A stretch of DNA of 64,000 bases from Ptychomitrium polyphyllum (lineage: Eukaryota), in NCBI GenBank assembly GCA_973851085.1, contig OZ316776.1, positions 6,510,001 through 6,574,000 on the forward strand. The letters run 5' to 3'. Made by a program: the position numbers and the translations under genes. How positions within the stretch are numbered: position 1 is the first letter of the stretch; every line of letters begins with the position of its first letter. Positions 1 through 13,115 of the stretch are shown here, piece after piece. The notes under the pieces were generated by a model that was not told the DNA's origin, ran no database searches, and saw nothing but the letters and a program-made list of their open reading frames with translations.

Positions 1-1124
1 CAATCTTAGTAACTGTTCAGAGCCTCAATAATTTAGGCCAGGTGCTCCTTTACCACTCCTAAGTAGAACACATGTCAACAACAGCTCATTTCAAACCTAC
101 TCCCCAAGTTTGCCATTACCTCATTGCATCAAATTAACCAATAGAAGACAATTTCCTCTTGCACCAAAACTTACATTACCATATATAACTAAGATTTTTT
201 TTGTGCTAGAGCTTCATAACAATCCTGCACACCCATGGTACAAGCATCTCAAAAAGCAAAAAACAACCAAAGAAAAGAAAAGAAAAAAACACAACAAATC
301 TCTCACATTCTTCATCAACTCCAAGCAACAAGAGAAAAACCTTAAAAAACATAACCACCACTTTTCTCATCTGCAAATCATCACAAGCCCATTGCTGACA
401 ACTTGCTCTGCAAACTGAATCATCATAATCACCAACATAATCAGCAAATCATCCTCCAAACTAGTGCATCATTTTATCCATATCCACCACCTTGAAAGAT
501 ACCACCTCCAAAACATTCTACAATGAGTCTCTATCCATGGGGCTTATCAATGAATTCAAAAAAAATAGGAATCAATTTTTTCTTAAAACAGTGATCCGAT
601 TTACCTTTTTAAGAAAAAAGGAATCATTCATTAAGCAGGCATGATCATACCAGACACCATCAATCGTAGTCCCAAGTTTTCATTATTATTAGTGACCAGA
701 GCGTCAAACCTTCAAACTCATCCGAACTAACTCGCTCACTCACCGGGAACAGCAGCGACACTTACGAGGCAGGTATGAAATTGGAAAAATTAGGTTTGGA
801 ATGATCATTTCAATGACTTGATCTCTCGCTTGTCTGGCAGACCGTCGGTTGGGGGTGAGTTCTCGGAAAGCTTGAAAGTTGAACGAGAAAAAACTTTACA
901 AAAAAGATAGAAAACCAACAGTTAAGTTAACTTAGATAGAGAGACGAGTTGAACGTAGTAGTCGAGGCTCAGCGATTGGGACTCCCAACTCACCACTCAC
1001 GACTCCCGGCGTTTACAAAGCACAGTTCATTCCAACTGTGGCAGTGGACTGTGTCATTTGAACTCATCCTGCCCACTCTGTGTGCATGGCAAAGGGGGCT
1101 CAGGCCTGACGAAGAGTGAACAAG

Positions 1125-1260
1125 AGAGAGACACCAGCGAGAAAGAGAGAGAGAGAGGGAGAGAGAGAGAGTCATCGTGCTTCCTGCAAGTGCCTGCAAG
1201 AGTGTGTGCAAGAGTGTGTGCAAGAGTGTGTGCAAGAGTGTGTGCAAGAGTGTGTGCAAG
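1125..1260. repeat. GA-rich tract followed by a 12-bp tandem repeat (TGCAAGAGTGTG x5.5, 1195-1260)
   Basis: Read directly; explains the repetitive ORFs (LLHT/ARVC/QECV). Lies upstream of, or in the leader of, the JmjC gene. Confidence 0.9.
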
Positions 1261-1626
1261 TGTCCGGACGTGGCTGCGAGATTGCAGGTGTTTTTGTGTG
1301 GATGAGTTGAGTGGTGAGATTGAAGTTTCAAGGGAGTGCAAGTAAGGCATTGCAGGGTTTGTCGTGAGGATATCAGTGGAGGGATACAAGGCATTTCAGA
1401 AGGAAGGGGGTGTGTGATGCGCGGAAGGGAAAAAGGTCGAACACTGTTGGAGCTGTTGATGTAGTGAAGAGGGTTTGGGAGGTCGAGAGTTCGAAGTGTG
1501 TTTGAAGGAGGTCGACGGCGTTTCCATTGTTGGTGCGTGGAAGGTTGCATGCGCAGGTTGTGAATGAATGGTTCCTTGGTGGTGGTGGCCAGGTTTGGGG
1601 GACGGGGTTTTGGTTTCTGGGATTAC

Positions 1627-1627
<1 letters not shown>

Positions 1628-1658
<31 letters not shown>
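1628..1658. repeat. (TG)n microsatellite
   Basis: About 15 TG units read directly. Confidence 0.95.
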
Positions 1659-1661
<3 letters not shown>

Positions 1662-4349
1662 TTGTGGAGGGATATGGAAACAAGCATCATTAGTTGGCAG
1701 CCTGGGGTATTGATGGCGGCAACGCAAGCAGGAGTTGCTTGAGTTTCTCCTCCTTTTTCCTGGCCTTATAATTTTCTGGGTGGGTGGTTTTCCAGGTGAG
1801 TGATTGCACGTAGTTGTGGAAGGCGTTTTTCTAGCCGGGTGGGTCAAGCAGCCGGGCGCCATCTCTGCGGGTATGTGACATGTCTCTGTTTCAGATTAGA
1901 ACTAGTCTCTGTGTGTCGTTTCGGAGCTCATTTCCAGCGAATGCAAGGCGCTTGATGTTTAGTGCATGCCGGTGATGGTGGTTTCTGCACAAGGATTTTT
2001 TAGTCCGCGTGAAGAACGAGTGCCGACTTTTGGAGTGCTAGGCGGAAGTTCCAACTCTCATGCACCAACGCTCGGTAGGAATTGCGTGCTTTCTAGAGCT
2101 TTTGGTGTTTACATACCCGTGTTGTTGTTTCGTCCTCTTCGGTTGCGTGTTTGGGATTACCTCGCTCATAGCAATAGCCTAGTTCAGAACGATGAGGGAG
2201 TGAGCGACTGGCAGCTCGCCTTAATCGTTTGGAGTTTTGGCTTCATATCTTTTCTTGGAGGAGAAAACTCGGTAGGAGTTGTAATGGTAGGAGAACGCAT
2301 TCAAGAGCTTCTTCCTCCCTTGATCGCTCTGCAAGGTTTTTTTCTTTACGGGCTTTGGGGTGGTGTTGTTTTTACAACGCAGAGGTTTTGCTGCCCGTAT
2401 TGAGTTTGGTGTATCTCAGTCAGGATTTACAGTAGTGATCGATTAATGGCAGTGTGGGCTCGGAGCTTGTGTCTCCCGTAGCTGCCTTGAGTCAGTCTGT
2501 TTAGTTTCTTTTTCTCTGTAGATTTTTCACTTTGAAGACAATGCTTTTCTTACTTGAAAATGCTTGATAGGCAACGACAGTGGGTGCGTGAGTTCACCGA
2601 ACCTGTGTTCGCTCTTCGTCTGTTAAAGATGTATGCCCTCTATAAGAGTTTCTATGATGCGATATGATGACCAAGAACCTGCTGATGTTTTCCTCTTTTT
2701 CTGACTCGGTGATCTTACTGTTCATCGATTTTATGTAGTACATGTATTACTTTAAACTCCATGTGAGTTTTCCTCTTGTGGGGCTGTTAGAAGCAATTTT
2801 TCGTCAATGCCTTTGATCTAGCAAGTAACTCAGGTTCCAGTGTCGAGCACGTTGTTTTCTATGCGCACTACTTTCCATCGCTGTCCATGGCGCCTCCACA
2901 CGCTGTTTCATTTCTCCGTGCGGCTGGAATATGTTATCACTTTCTCTAGATTTTCTTAGCTCGAGCTTGAAGCAGATGTTTCGGATGCTTAACACCCTTC
3001 GTTGGTGGGCCTAGACTGTCAGCCAAGAGGCAGGTAATAGGTTCGTCCACGGCAGCTACTGTCTGCTCATCTGATCGTTGATTTAGGGCAGTTTAAGGCA
3101 TCAGAGGTTACAAAGATGTCATGCTAGTCTTATGCATTACCCAACCAGTAGGTAGGGTACAAGTCTAGAATTGCAGCTCTTCTTTCGCAGGTTAGTAGTT
3201 AAGTGCATCTGTGATACTTAACGTCTCTTGAAATCCCTCCCGAGCCCGTCCAGAGCCTTGTTAGAGGCACGAAGAGAGGATATTGTCATTGAGCTGGGCG
3301 TTCGGTGTGTGTTCAGTGCATGCACTAGTGCCGGTATGTTGAAGGTTTTTGGATGGTCGTTTCTCCTTTGCGAAGTTTAAAAGCAACGGTTTCGTGCGCA
3401 TCATGGCAGACTTTGTGTAGACTGTCTGTAGGCATTCTGAGGAGTTGAAGGGCAGGTGTTATTACTTATTTTAGTTATTTGTACTTTTTCTTCTTTCTGT
3501 TTGTGTCGGGGTGAAGTAGATGTCAGGATTCTTTTGGATGCGGGGGTGAAGGTGTTGGTAACAATGCGAGGATTGAGTGGCTCTTTGCGAGGAGTCTGGT
3601 GTGCGTCTTTCGGTTTTCCTAGAATCCGCATTTTTGGATGTTTGCGGCGTCGATTGCGAGGGGATCCGCGGTGGTAGTGAGGTTTGTGTAGATCGAGAGG
3701 TCTGTTTTTTTGGGTGACTAGGAGGGAGGAGCGGCTGCATATGAGGCTGCTGTGGTGTATGAATCTTCCTTCTTGAAACAGGACGCCGGCTTTGACTTTT
3801 GACGGGGACACTTTGCACTAGGGGTTTGCTATTTCTTTCCAGCAGAGTTTGGTGTTTGGATAGTAGCCTTTGGACTTTTTGGTGTGCCTAGCAGAAGTTA
3901 CAATATACGCTTTTTTTCTAAAAGACATAGATTTCGGCATAAAGCTCTTTTATTTGTCTCGGTGTTTGTTCTCAGTCGTCCACGATCTTATGGTTTCTCC
4001 TTTTAGTCGTTATTATACTCTGTCTCTACTTGTTTCTTCGTTATTTCGATAAACCTCGTCTCTGTAACTGGCTAATGTAGGGCTTGTGCTTGAGTGGCAG
4101 AACCTGAGAATTATCCTTGCTGCCTGCATTTTGGAAATGGGTTTTCAAGGAGTTTCAGTCTGTAGATCGAGAACACCATTTTTAATTCAGTGCCGTGTTT
4201 ACTCAGGACGCTGCATCTGAGGCTCTTTTATCTCAATTAGATTGCCAACTAACAGCTCATGCGTGCGCGGGCATGGCATTCCATTGTACAGACGGGCCTA
4301 CAGTCAGTGAAGTTTTATCGAGGGAGGATGCAACTCCAGTGATCTAGCA

Positions 4350-7300
4350 ATGGCGGAAAACACCAAAAGTCCCGAGGTTCTCCAAGCGCAAAGAAATCCA
4401 GATCAACCAGGTGATACGCGTTGTACAAGGAATGATGGTAAAGTTTGGCGATGTAAGAAGCCTAGGGTGGAAGGCAATCGGTTTTGTGAGAGCCATGTGA
4501 AGACGGTAAATGGTGGTGGCTCAAAAGCACCGAAGAGGCGGCATTCAACGTCTGATATTGCACCCCCAGAGAAAAAACCTCGCAGAAGTAGCGGGTTGGG
4601 CACCGATGGAGCGCATGGCGAGTCTGATGAGTCACATGAACGTTCTCTTGGTGGGAAAGCTGGAGGCGAGGATGCGTCATTAAGAATGCGGAGGCGGGTC
4701 GTCAATCCTCCTAGCAGGGATGTTGGTAATCGCCGTAAAACTGTTTCCGGAGGAATCACCATTAGTGAGACCAAGGAGAAGGTTATGCATCTCAACAGGA
4801 ACAGAAAGGAAATCTCTCGGATTAGTGACAAGGAAATTGAAAGAGGTAGCGAGAAGAAAATGGTTAAGATGTATAAGAAGGAAGTGATTACCAATGGTAA
4901 GGCCAACAATGGACATTCTTCTCAAAAAACTGTCAAGAAAGAAGAGAAGGTATATATAGAAAGCTCAAGTGAAGGAGATTCAGACGTGAGTTTGGAGAAA
5001 CAAGTGACTAGAGGTCGGCGCCCGAAAGCGGTAAGCGCTTGTAGCCTACACTAATTTTCAATGCTTCCTTCTTGTGTACGTACTTTCATTGTGCAAGAGC
5101 TGATTGCGTGGTGCCTTGTGGTGATAGAGCAAGCAATGGAGGACTACAGAGAAAGAGGAGAATCGGAATGGAAGGAGCAGAATGTGTCATCAATGTCAAA
5201 GAAATGACAAAGAACGTGTGATCTTTTGCACCAATTGCGATTCCAAGCGATATTGCGCTCCTTGTATTAAGTCTTGGTATGTTGTAACCAAGACCTGTTT
5301 CGTCGGTGTAGGATTTTTTGTTTTCATTTCACCTTGGTAGACACCTGGATAAGTTGAGTGAAGCATTCGGTGTGTAATTGTACAGGTACCCACGTTTGAC
5401 TGAAGCCGACGTCTTGAAGGAGTGTCCTTTCTGCAAAGGGAATTGCAACTGCAAGGCCTGTCTCCGAACCAGTGGGCCAAAGCGGGTGAGTACCTAGGCT
5501 ACCTAATTCATTAGTAAGAAGCGCTATACTGCATCCAGACTTCGAAGTAATGTTCGTTCTGTGGTTGTTTGTGGGCAGACGGTTGTGGAAAAATCCAAAG
5601 CAGAGAAGACCAAGTGTTACAAGTATGTGCTTTCTGAAATTCTCCCTATCCTGAAGCAAATTCAGCAAGAGCAGAATGAGGAGTTGGAAATCGAGCGCAT
5701 GATACAAGGTATTTTCAACTCTATCGATTGTGGTAATCTCATCTTTCTAATGACTACACCTAATAAGGAGGGCTCAAGCATCTTGCTGCAGAATTGACGA
5801 GATGCGATATCCATGTGCAGGAAAAGAAGATGTCAAGATTCTGACTGCAAACGTATCAATGGATGAGCGGATATACTGGTATTGCATCTATATGAAATCT
5901 TTAATTTGTTAAAGTGCGTCCTGATATTGTAGATTGTGTATAATCTATATTTTGTTATGGCATTAGAAGAATTTAGGTGTCTGTGTTTGACATCTAGCAG
6001 TTCAGTTTACATGTTATCGTACATGGTTTGGCTTTTTCAATACTCTAGCAAATTTGTTCAATAATTGGTTCAAGTAAACAATTAGTATGTTTTTTTTAGT
6101 GGATTTATCTGTGCTGAAAGTTTCTATGATAGTAACATTTTGTTTCATACATTGTTGCAGTGATAATTGCAGTACATCCATAGTAGACTACTTTCGAAGC
6201 TGTGATGGCGGTAGTCCTCCTTGTGAGTGCACTTACGATTTGTGCTTAACTTGCTGTCGTGAGCTTCGTGCCGGGCTGCAACCAGGCGGAGACCAGGCAG
6301 AGTCTGCTCAAGAGCACTCTGAAGCAAAGTTGACGAAAGATGATATGCTGGAGGATGAGGAAGATCTCCCGGGAGACTCTGCGAAGCACAGCCCGGATTT
6401 ACCGGAAGAAGACGAAGATATGCAGGATGACGAAACAACCGAAAAATTAGCAGATTCATCAGAGAATCCGGCAGTAGATGAGTTGCGTGATACTGTGGAG
6501 GCTGATACGAATACTGAAGTACCTGCGCAGGGTCTCGTCAAGGAAAGTGAAGTCATAGTATCAGAGAAACCTTCAAATGAGGAGGTTGTGAGCATTTTGG
6601 GAGATGAAAATGTCTCAAATGATACTTTATCGACAGAACCCAGTAAACCAGATTCAATGGAGACAGAGCTGAAGGTTGAGAAAGAAGCAGGCCCAAGCAC
6701 TGCGGTGGATTATAAAGCCTATGTATTCGAATGCAACGGTAGCAAATACGTAAAAGGTGAGTTAACACAACAAGACGCTGAAGTGAAGAACGAGGCTTTC
6801 GGATCTAAAACTGAGAAAGAGGTTCCAGGAGAAGTGGTTGAGCCAAGCACTTCATTGAATCTTAAAGCAGAGGAAGCAGAGAGTAAGGAAACAGCAAATG
6901 AATCAGCAAAGCAAGGTGTTGCAGAGGAAGCCAATGGGGAACAAATCGTACTTCCACTGTGGGCTCCAAATGAGAACGGTGACATTCCTTGTCCTCCGAA
7001 AATGCGGGGGGGCTGTGGATGTCACACCCTGAGGCTCAAGTCGCTGTTTGAGCACAATTGGGTTGCTCAGTTGATTAACGAAGTTGAAGAGCAGCTTAAG
7101 AATTATAAAGAGCTAGAGAAAGAGGATAAATTATGCTCCAATTGTGCGGGTGGTGCCAAGAACGCTAATGTACGACTGGCCGCTCAGCGGGCAGATAATA
7201 AGGAGAACTATCTTTACTGTCCAACCCTACAGGATACTGAGAAAGAGGGCATGTTACACTTTCAAAAGCACTGGAGACAAGGGCAGCCTGTAATCGTGCG

Positions 7301-10034
7301 GAATGTGTTGGAAGGCACCAGTGGCTTGAGTTGGGAGCCACTGACTATGTGGCGAGCACTTAGGGAAACAACTCAAGGCAAATTCAAAGATGACAGCAAA
7401 ACTGTCCGGGCAATCGATTGTTCAGATTTGAGCGAGGTTAGTCATCAGCAATTTCTATACATTAAATCCTCACTGATATTCTTTGTATTCTGCATGTGTA
7501 GCAGATATTGCAATATATCTAATTCTCAAATTGCTAAATGCAGGTAGAGTTGAACATCCATGAGTTCTTTGTAGGCTACGAGAAAGGGATTTGGGATAAG
7601 CACGGGTGGCCTACCATGTACAAGCTAAAGGATTGGCCACAATCATCACGTTTTGAAGAGCGACTTCCACGTCATGGAGGTGAATTCGTTGCTGCTTTGC
7701 CTTTTCAAGATTATACTGATCCAAAGAAGGGCATCCTCAACCTTGGCACAAAGCTTCCAGAGGAAGCAGTGAAACCAGACCTCGGCCCTAAAACTTATAT
7801 TGCTTATGGGCTACGCGAGGAGCTTGCACTAGGGGATTCAGTGACTAAATTGCACTGCGACATGTCAGATGCGGTACTGCTTCTTTCACCTTGACCCTAT
7901 TTCAATGAACTGTTGCTGAAGGTGGTTAATATGCCGATTTCCTGAAGCATATTTCGAGATTTTCCTTTTTGTAATTCTTTTGGTTAAATGCCAAGGCTTG
8001 CTTGGTGGTGTTAGGTGGGTCTGACTTGGCTTGCATGGGAGCAGGTGAATGTGCTAACACATACCAAAGAAATCAAAATCACATCTAGACAGAGAAAGGA
8101 TATACTTAAACAGCGTGAAATTTACAAAAAAGAAGCAGAAAAGCAGGTGAACGAGTTTCTTGCTCGAACAGCTCCAGAAGCAGCAGTGAAGGTGACAGAC
8201 GCAGCTGTTGATGTGATGGCTTCGCAACCAGTTAGTGACGCAGTCGTCGATCATGCTGATGATACAAATGTTGACGAGAGAGACGGGGTTGCTGATAAAG
8301 TAATAGAGACCAAGGAGACTGCTACAGCCAGCACAGATGCAAATGGAGTATCTCCTGTTAAAGCACCTATTGACTCATCATATGGTGGAGCCTTATGGGA
8401 TATCTTTAGGCGAGAAGATGTACAGAACATACAGGAATATCTGATTAAACATGTTGCTGAATTCCGCCATTACGGTGATTTACCAGTTGACTCTGTAAGT
8501 CTCTTCTTACTCACATTGTTTATGTCGCTTTAATATATTTGTTCATCATTCAGTTCACTGACCATTCATAGCATTGGAAGTTTCAAACTATTGTCTTCAA
8601 TTTTGTTGCTATATCTATGACCTTTTCCTGTGTGCGTGGATGTTGATACTATTGATCGTATGCAGGTTGCGCATCCCATTCATGACCAATCCTTTTTCCT
8701 TGACGAGGAGCACAAGAAACAACTGAAGGAAGAATTTGGTGAGTTTATAATGCTGCTATGGACCGTTTTCAATTGAGTTCTATTTTGTGAGTCTATTGCT
8801 GATATTCACTCCCCGCGGCATTTATAGAAGTTGTTAAACCTTCTATTTTACCTGCATACGTGCTTATTACGTACATTGAATTGGGTGACTTAAGATCTAT
8901 CTTGAAGCATAATCTGGTTTAGGCCACTTGGTATGTCGTCTAGAATGCAGCATGCTTCTAAAAGTGCAAGTGATTTGAGCCTGTTCGAGATTCATATCAC
9001 TAGAGTTGTCTAGGTTCTAAGCAGCTTCCTGTCCCTAATTCTTGCTTGCTTGTGATTAATGTTTATCATCGTACCCTTCCCGATACGTGTAGGAGTAGAG
9101 GCATGGACGTTTGAACAACATGAGCAAGAAGCAGTGTTTATTCCAGCTGGTTGCCCACATCAAGTTCGCAACTTAAAGGTGATAGCCTGGCTCTCAGGAA
9201 TTACTTACATTTTTAAAATCATGCTTTTTGTAATTTTATCAAAATACTGGTTCTGACTGGTTGTGTGACAACTATTGATGCAGTCCTGTATCAAGGTAGC
9301 TATGGATTTTGTTTCTCCGGAGAATGTCCTAGAATGTGTGCGATTGACAAATGAGTTCCGTTTGCTTCCTATGGATCATCGGGCAAGGGAGGACAAGCTG
9401 GAGGTCTGTTGCCCTTCAAAGCATTCTGCAGCTCTTTTCGAAATTGTGATCAGTAATTATTATTCTTGCTATTGTAGTTGGATGTCAGAAGATAGTCGAT
9501 CTCACTCCGTTTCATTTTCAGGTGAAGAAGATGATACTGTATGCTGCGCGAGAAGCTGTGTCGTTTTTGCAAGGCAAACCCATGTAAGTCTTATTTTTTG
9601 AAATTACGTACACATAGAATTTGATCCTTTATCAACTAATATTATTTGCATAACAGCGGACATGTGTAATCTGTGGCTTTACCTGACTGCGGTTACAAGG
9701 AATGTTTTGTATTTCAAATTTTCCAGACATAAGTACATGAATATTCAAATGTTATCTCATTCTGCTTTTTTATAGATTGATTGGCCTGGTCTTTGTCTTC
9801 ATCACACTAGGATGGAAATGCTAGAGTGCATATCGTATTGAAGTTTCTCTTAATTATGAATAGATCAATTTTTTTTTCTTGTTCAATGCTTCATGAGAGC
9901 CTGTTAATTGTGCGAGGATGAGGTCCGTTCTCAAAGATTTTTACATTGGTGTGGTTTGCAGAGAAGTCGATACAGAAGAGAAAGTAAATAAACGGTCTGC
10001 CAACAAGAGAAAGAAGAACCGAAGACATTTCTAG
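4350..10034 (+). CDS. KDM3/JHDM2-subfamily JmjC histone (H3K9) demethylase with WRC and RING-like domains (JMJ25/IBM1-JMJ29-like), ~1195 aa, 13 exons
   Basis: Exons with GT-AG borders and consistent phases: 4350-5030, 5128-5276, 5386-5485, 5579-5708, 5821-5878, 6161-7436, 7544-7873, 8045-8494, 8666-8738, 9093-9178, 9284-9403, 9522-9583, 9962-10034 (last exon least certain). Motifs: WRC ([17 protein letters not shown]), [92 protein letters not shown]. The Fe(II) H-x-D...H ligands are intact. Confidence 0.93.
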
Positions 10035-11745
10035 AACGGCCAGTTTCTTTGGATGGGAATGACACCGACCGTCGTTATCATACCAGAAGGCACTCATGCA
10101 TTTGCAGTGCTGCTACCACGGCAGAATTAGTCTTACCACTCCTTCATTATTGGTCACGTATGCTGGCTTGAGAGATTTCTCCTGGTCTTTATGTCTGACA
10201 CACAGGCATCAGGCCGCTAGTCTTACTTTTGCAACTGTTTTTATGTGAGGCGATCAAATGAGAAGCTAGTTGTGAGTTAAGAAGCAGGCTGTAGAGTAGA
10301 CAGGCCGTGCTTAGCTATCTGTGTTGTTCTGGTGGTGGGGAACAAGCCGCAAGATCGTGGGTGGTGGTAGCGGCGGCACCTGTTCTGTCGCCGCGTGACT
10401 TCGTAATTTGAAGTTTCAGCATATGAAAACTGACATTAGTGTAGGTTTCAGGTCGTCAACTCTTTCAATGTGCGTAGTATCTGTAAATTCTTGCATATCA
10501 TTTTGTATTATGTACTTGAGATTTGAGGAAAATTGTCATCTGTCATATCTTTTTGTCACGATTTTATAAATAAACTCCAGTTCAACATCTACGTCAGGTT
10601 TCTTTCCGAACATTTCTGCTTGAGTCAATAACCCCTAGTCAAGAATGGGACGACTTATTATCTGGCAAGCTGGAACACGTACACCTCGGCACACCTGGAT
10701 CACCATTACTGAGACTGAGGATTTTGTTGCATCTAGAAAAGGAGGTTTCATCTCCGTAGTGCACGGCGTATGAATGAAAATAGTGTGTTTGAAAAGAATC
10801 ATGCCAATTTAAAAAAAGGTACACAGTAGGTCTCATTGTGTTAAAGGCTGACTCCATGCAATGGAACAACTCAAAACGGTCACAAATAAGTTACTTTCAC
10901 TAATTCTAGTAGTGAAGAAATTCATGAAAATATCCCGCGCTTCCTCCAATATTTCTCCCATGCAAAATTTCTACTCGTAAGTGAAATATGGAAATGATCA
11001 AATTCTGTTGAAAGGAAGGAGAACGTGCAGCAAGTGAATACCAACCCACAACTTTTATTCGCCATAAATATTACCACAGAAGCACTTACTACACCTTCAG
11101 TTAGTACTTACTTTAGTACTTCCGAAGCCTTGATTCATGAAAACCGCATTCACAAAATTGCCCGGGGAGCAACGTGGTCAATAACCTTAGAGTATTAACA
11201 AATGTAAAAATTCACAGTCGATACTACTGTGAAAGCATCGAAAATTCTACTTCCAAAATTCTAAGCAGTCACCATGAGATCAGAGAAATACAGAAGATAT
11301 TCCATAATCAGTGTGCCGATGAAAAATAGTGATATCAAGTCCAATTCGAACCTGAGTTGTACATACTTCCAATACCTACGTGAAGAAGCAAGAACAAGAC
11401 CCGGCTATAACCTCCACAACAACAATGAAGAGCAGGCATAACTAAATCCTAAATAGGATTCGACAGGAAACTAGCAGGTACTAATAAAGCCTCCTAGCAA
11501 CTCAACAGTCACCTAGCAATCCAAAACTACAAGAAACCAAAATCCATTACGATTGAACACGGATCCACACTCCCTGCTTCGTAAAGACCCTATCACAATG
11601 ACGCAAATCCCATACGGTGTCAAATCGATCACCTACTTCTGCCCCATCACTTCCACCACAGATATCCTCAATGCAGTACAATCACTCCTAGAAATGGGAT
11701 TTTCATTGAAAAACCTACAGCAAAAGAAATGCAACCTGATAGGTC

Positions 11746-13115
11746 TCAAGGCTGCTGGTGTGAATCGATGAAGCCGGCGTCCACCAAAACCTTCTCACGT
11801 TTCGCCTTCTCCAAGTCACCGTCCACCATCATCGCCACCAGCTGCTTGAACTGCACCTTCGGCTCCCATCCCAACACCTCCTTCGCCATCGCAGCGGATC
11901 CCCGCAGGTTGTCCACCTCCGAAGGCCGGAAATACCTGCATAGCACATCCGTACGCGATCCCGTCAGCCCCGATCCAAGCCGTACCCAAGTTGCAAATCC
12001 GGCCGCTCTTCCCGGAAACGCACGCCATCGAGCAAGACCGGTGATACATTGGTCAGGGCGTCCCGCTTTACCTGGGGTCGATCTCGACGTGGTCCTTCCA
12101 GTTCAGACCCACGTAGCCGAAGGCCTCCTCCAGAAACTCCTCCACCGTGTGCGAGTCCTCGGTGGCGAGCACGTAGTCGCCGGGCTTGTCCTGCTGCAGC
12201 ATCAGCCACATGCCTTCCACATAGTCCCCCGCGAACCCCCAGTCGCGCGACGCCTTGAGGTTGCCCAGGTAGAGCTTCTTCTGGAGGCCCACCTTGATGC
12301 GTCCGATGGCGCGCGTGATCTTCCTGGTCACGAAGTTCTCGCCTCGGCGGGGCGACTCGTGGTTGAACAGGATGCCATTGCAGGCGAACATGCCGTATGC
12401 CTCGCGGTAGTTCACGGTGTAGAAGTGGGCCGCCACCTTGGCCACCGCGTAAGGGCTGCGCGGATGGAACACCGTGGTCTCGTCCTGGGGAGGGGGAGTG
12501 GCGCCGTACATCTCCGAGGACCCGGCCTGGTAGTACCTCACCTGAGCAATCCACAATCCGAGACGGGCCACCAGTCAGTCGACCAAGCCCTTGGCAGTTC
12601 GCAAGCCAAGTTGGAAAGTCCGGTGGCACCAGAAACCTGTCATGGGCCATGGCCTCCGGCGTCCGCATCTACCGGGAACGCGACGGTCGAGGAGTTGGGA
12701 TCCCCACCCAACTTACCTGTCTCCCGGTGCTCTCGATGTGGATTCGAACAGCTTCCAGAAGCCGCAGCGCTCCGGTGGCCACCACATCGGCGGTGTAGTC
12801 CGGATTCTCGAACGACACGCCCACATGGGACTGAGCCCCCAGGTTGTACACCTCGTCGGGGCAGATGGAATCCACCCACTTGCGCAATGCCGACGCATCC
12901 GACAGATCACCGTAGTGCAGTTTCATGCGCGCGCTGGACTGATGCGGGTCGATGTACACGTGCTCAAGTCGCTGGGTGTTGAAATTGGAGGATCTTCTGA
13001 TGATCCCGTGCACCTCGTAGCCCTTCTTCAGGAGAAACTCAGTCAAGTACGAGCCATCCTGGCCAGTGATACCCGTGATCAACGCCTTCTTCGTCGAGGC
13101 AGCCGGGGGTGCCAT
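11746..13115 (-). CDS. GMD: GDP-mannose 4,6-dehydratase (GMD/MUR1-like), 352 aa, 3 coding exons
   Basis: Exons 13115-12717, 12541-12072, 11935-11746 splice in frame at GT-AG. Motifs [74 protein letters not shown]. An in-frame TGA just upstream supports ATG 13115. Confidence 0.96.

Noticed and set aside
990..1742. Overlapping ORFs with LLHT, ARVC, QECV and HT repeats
   Set aside because: They are translations of the 12-mer and dinucleotide repeats.
11729..12982. 417-aa + strand ORF
   Set aside because: Antisense shadow of the GC-rich GMD gene; no recognisable motif.
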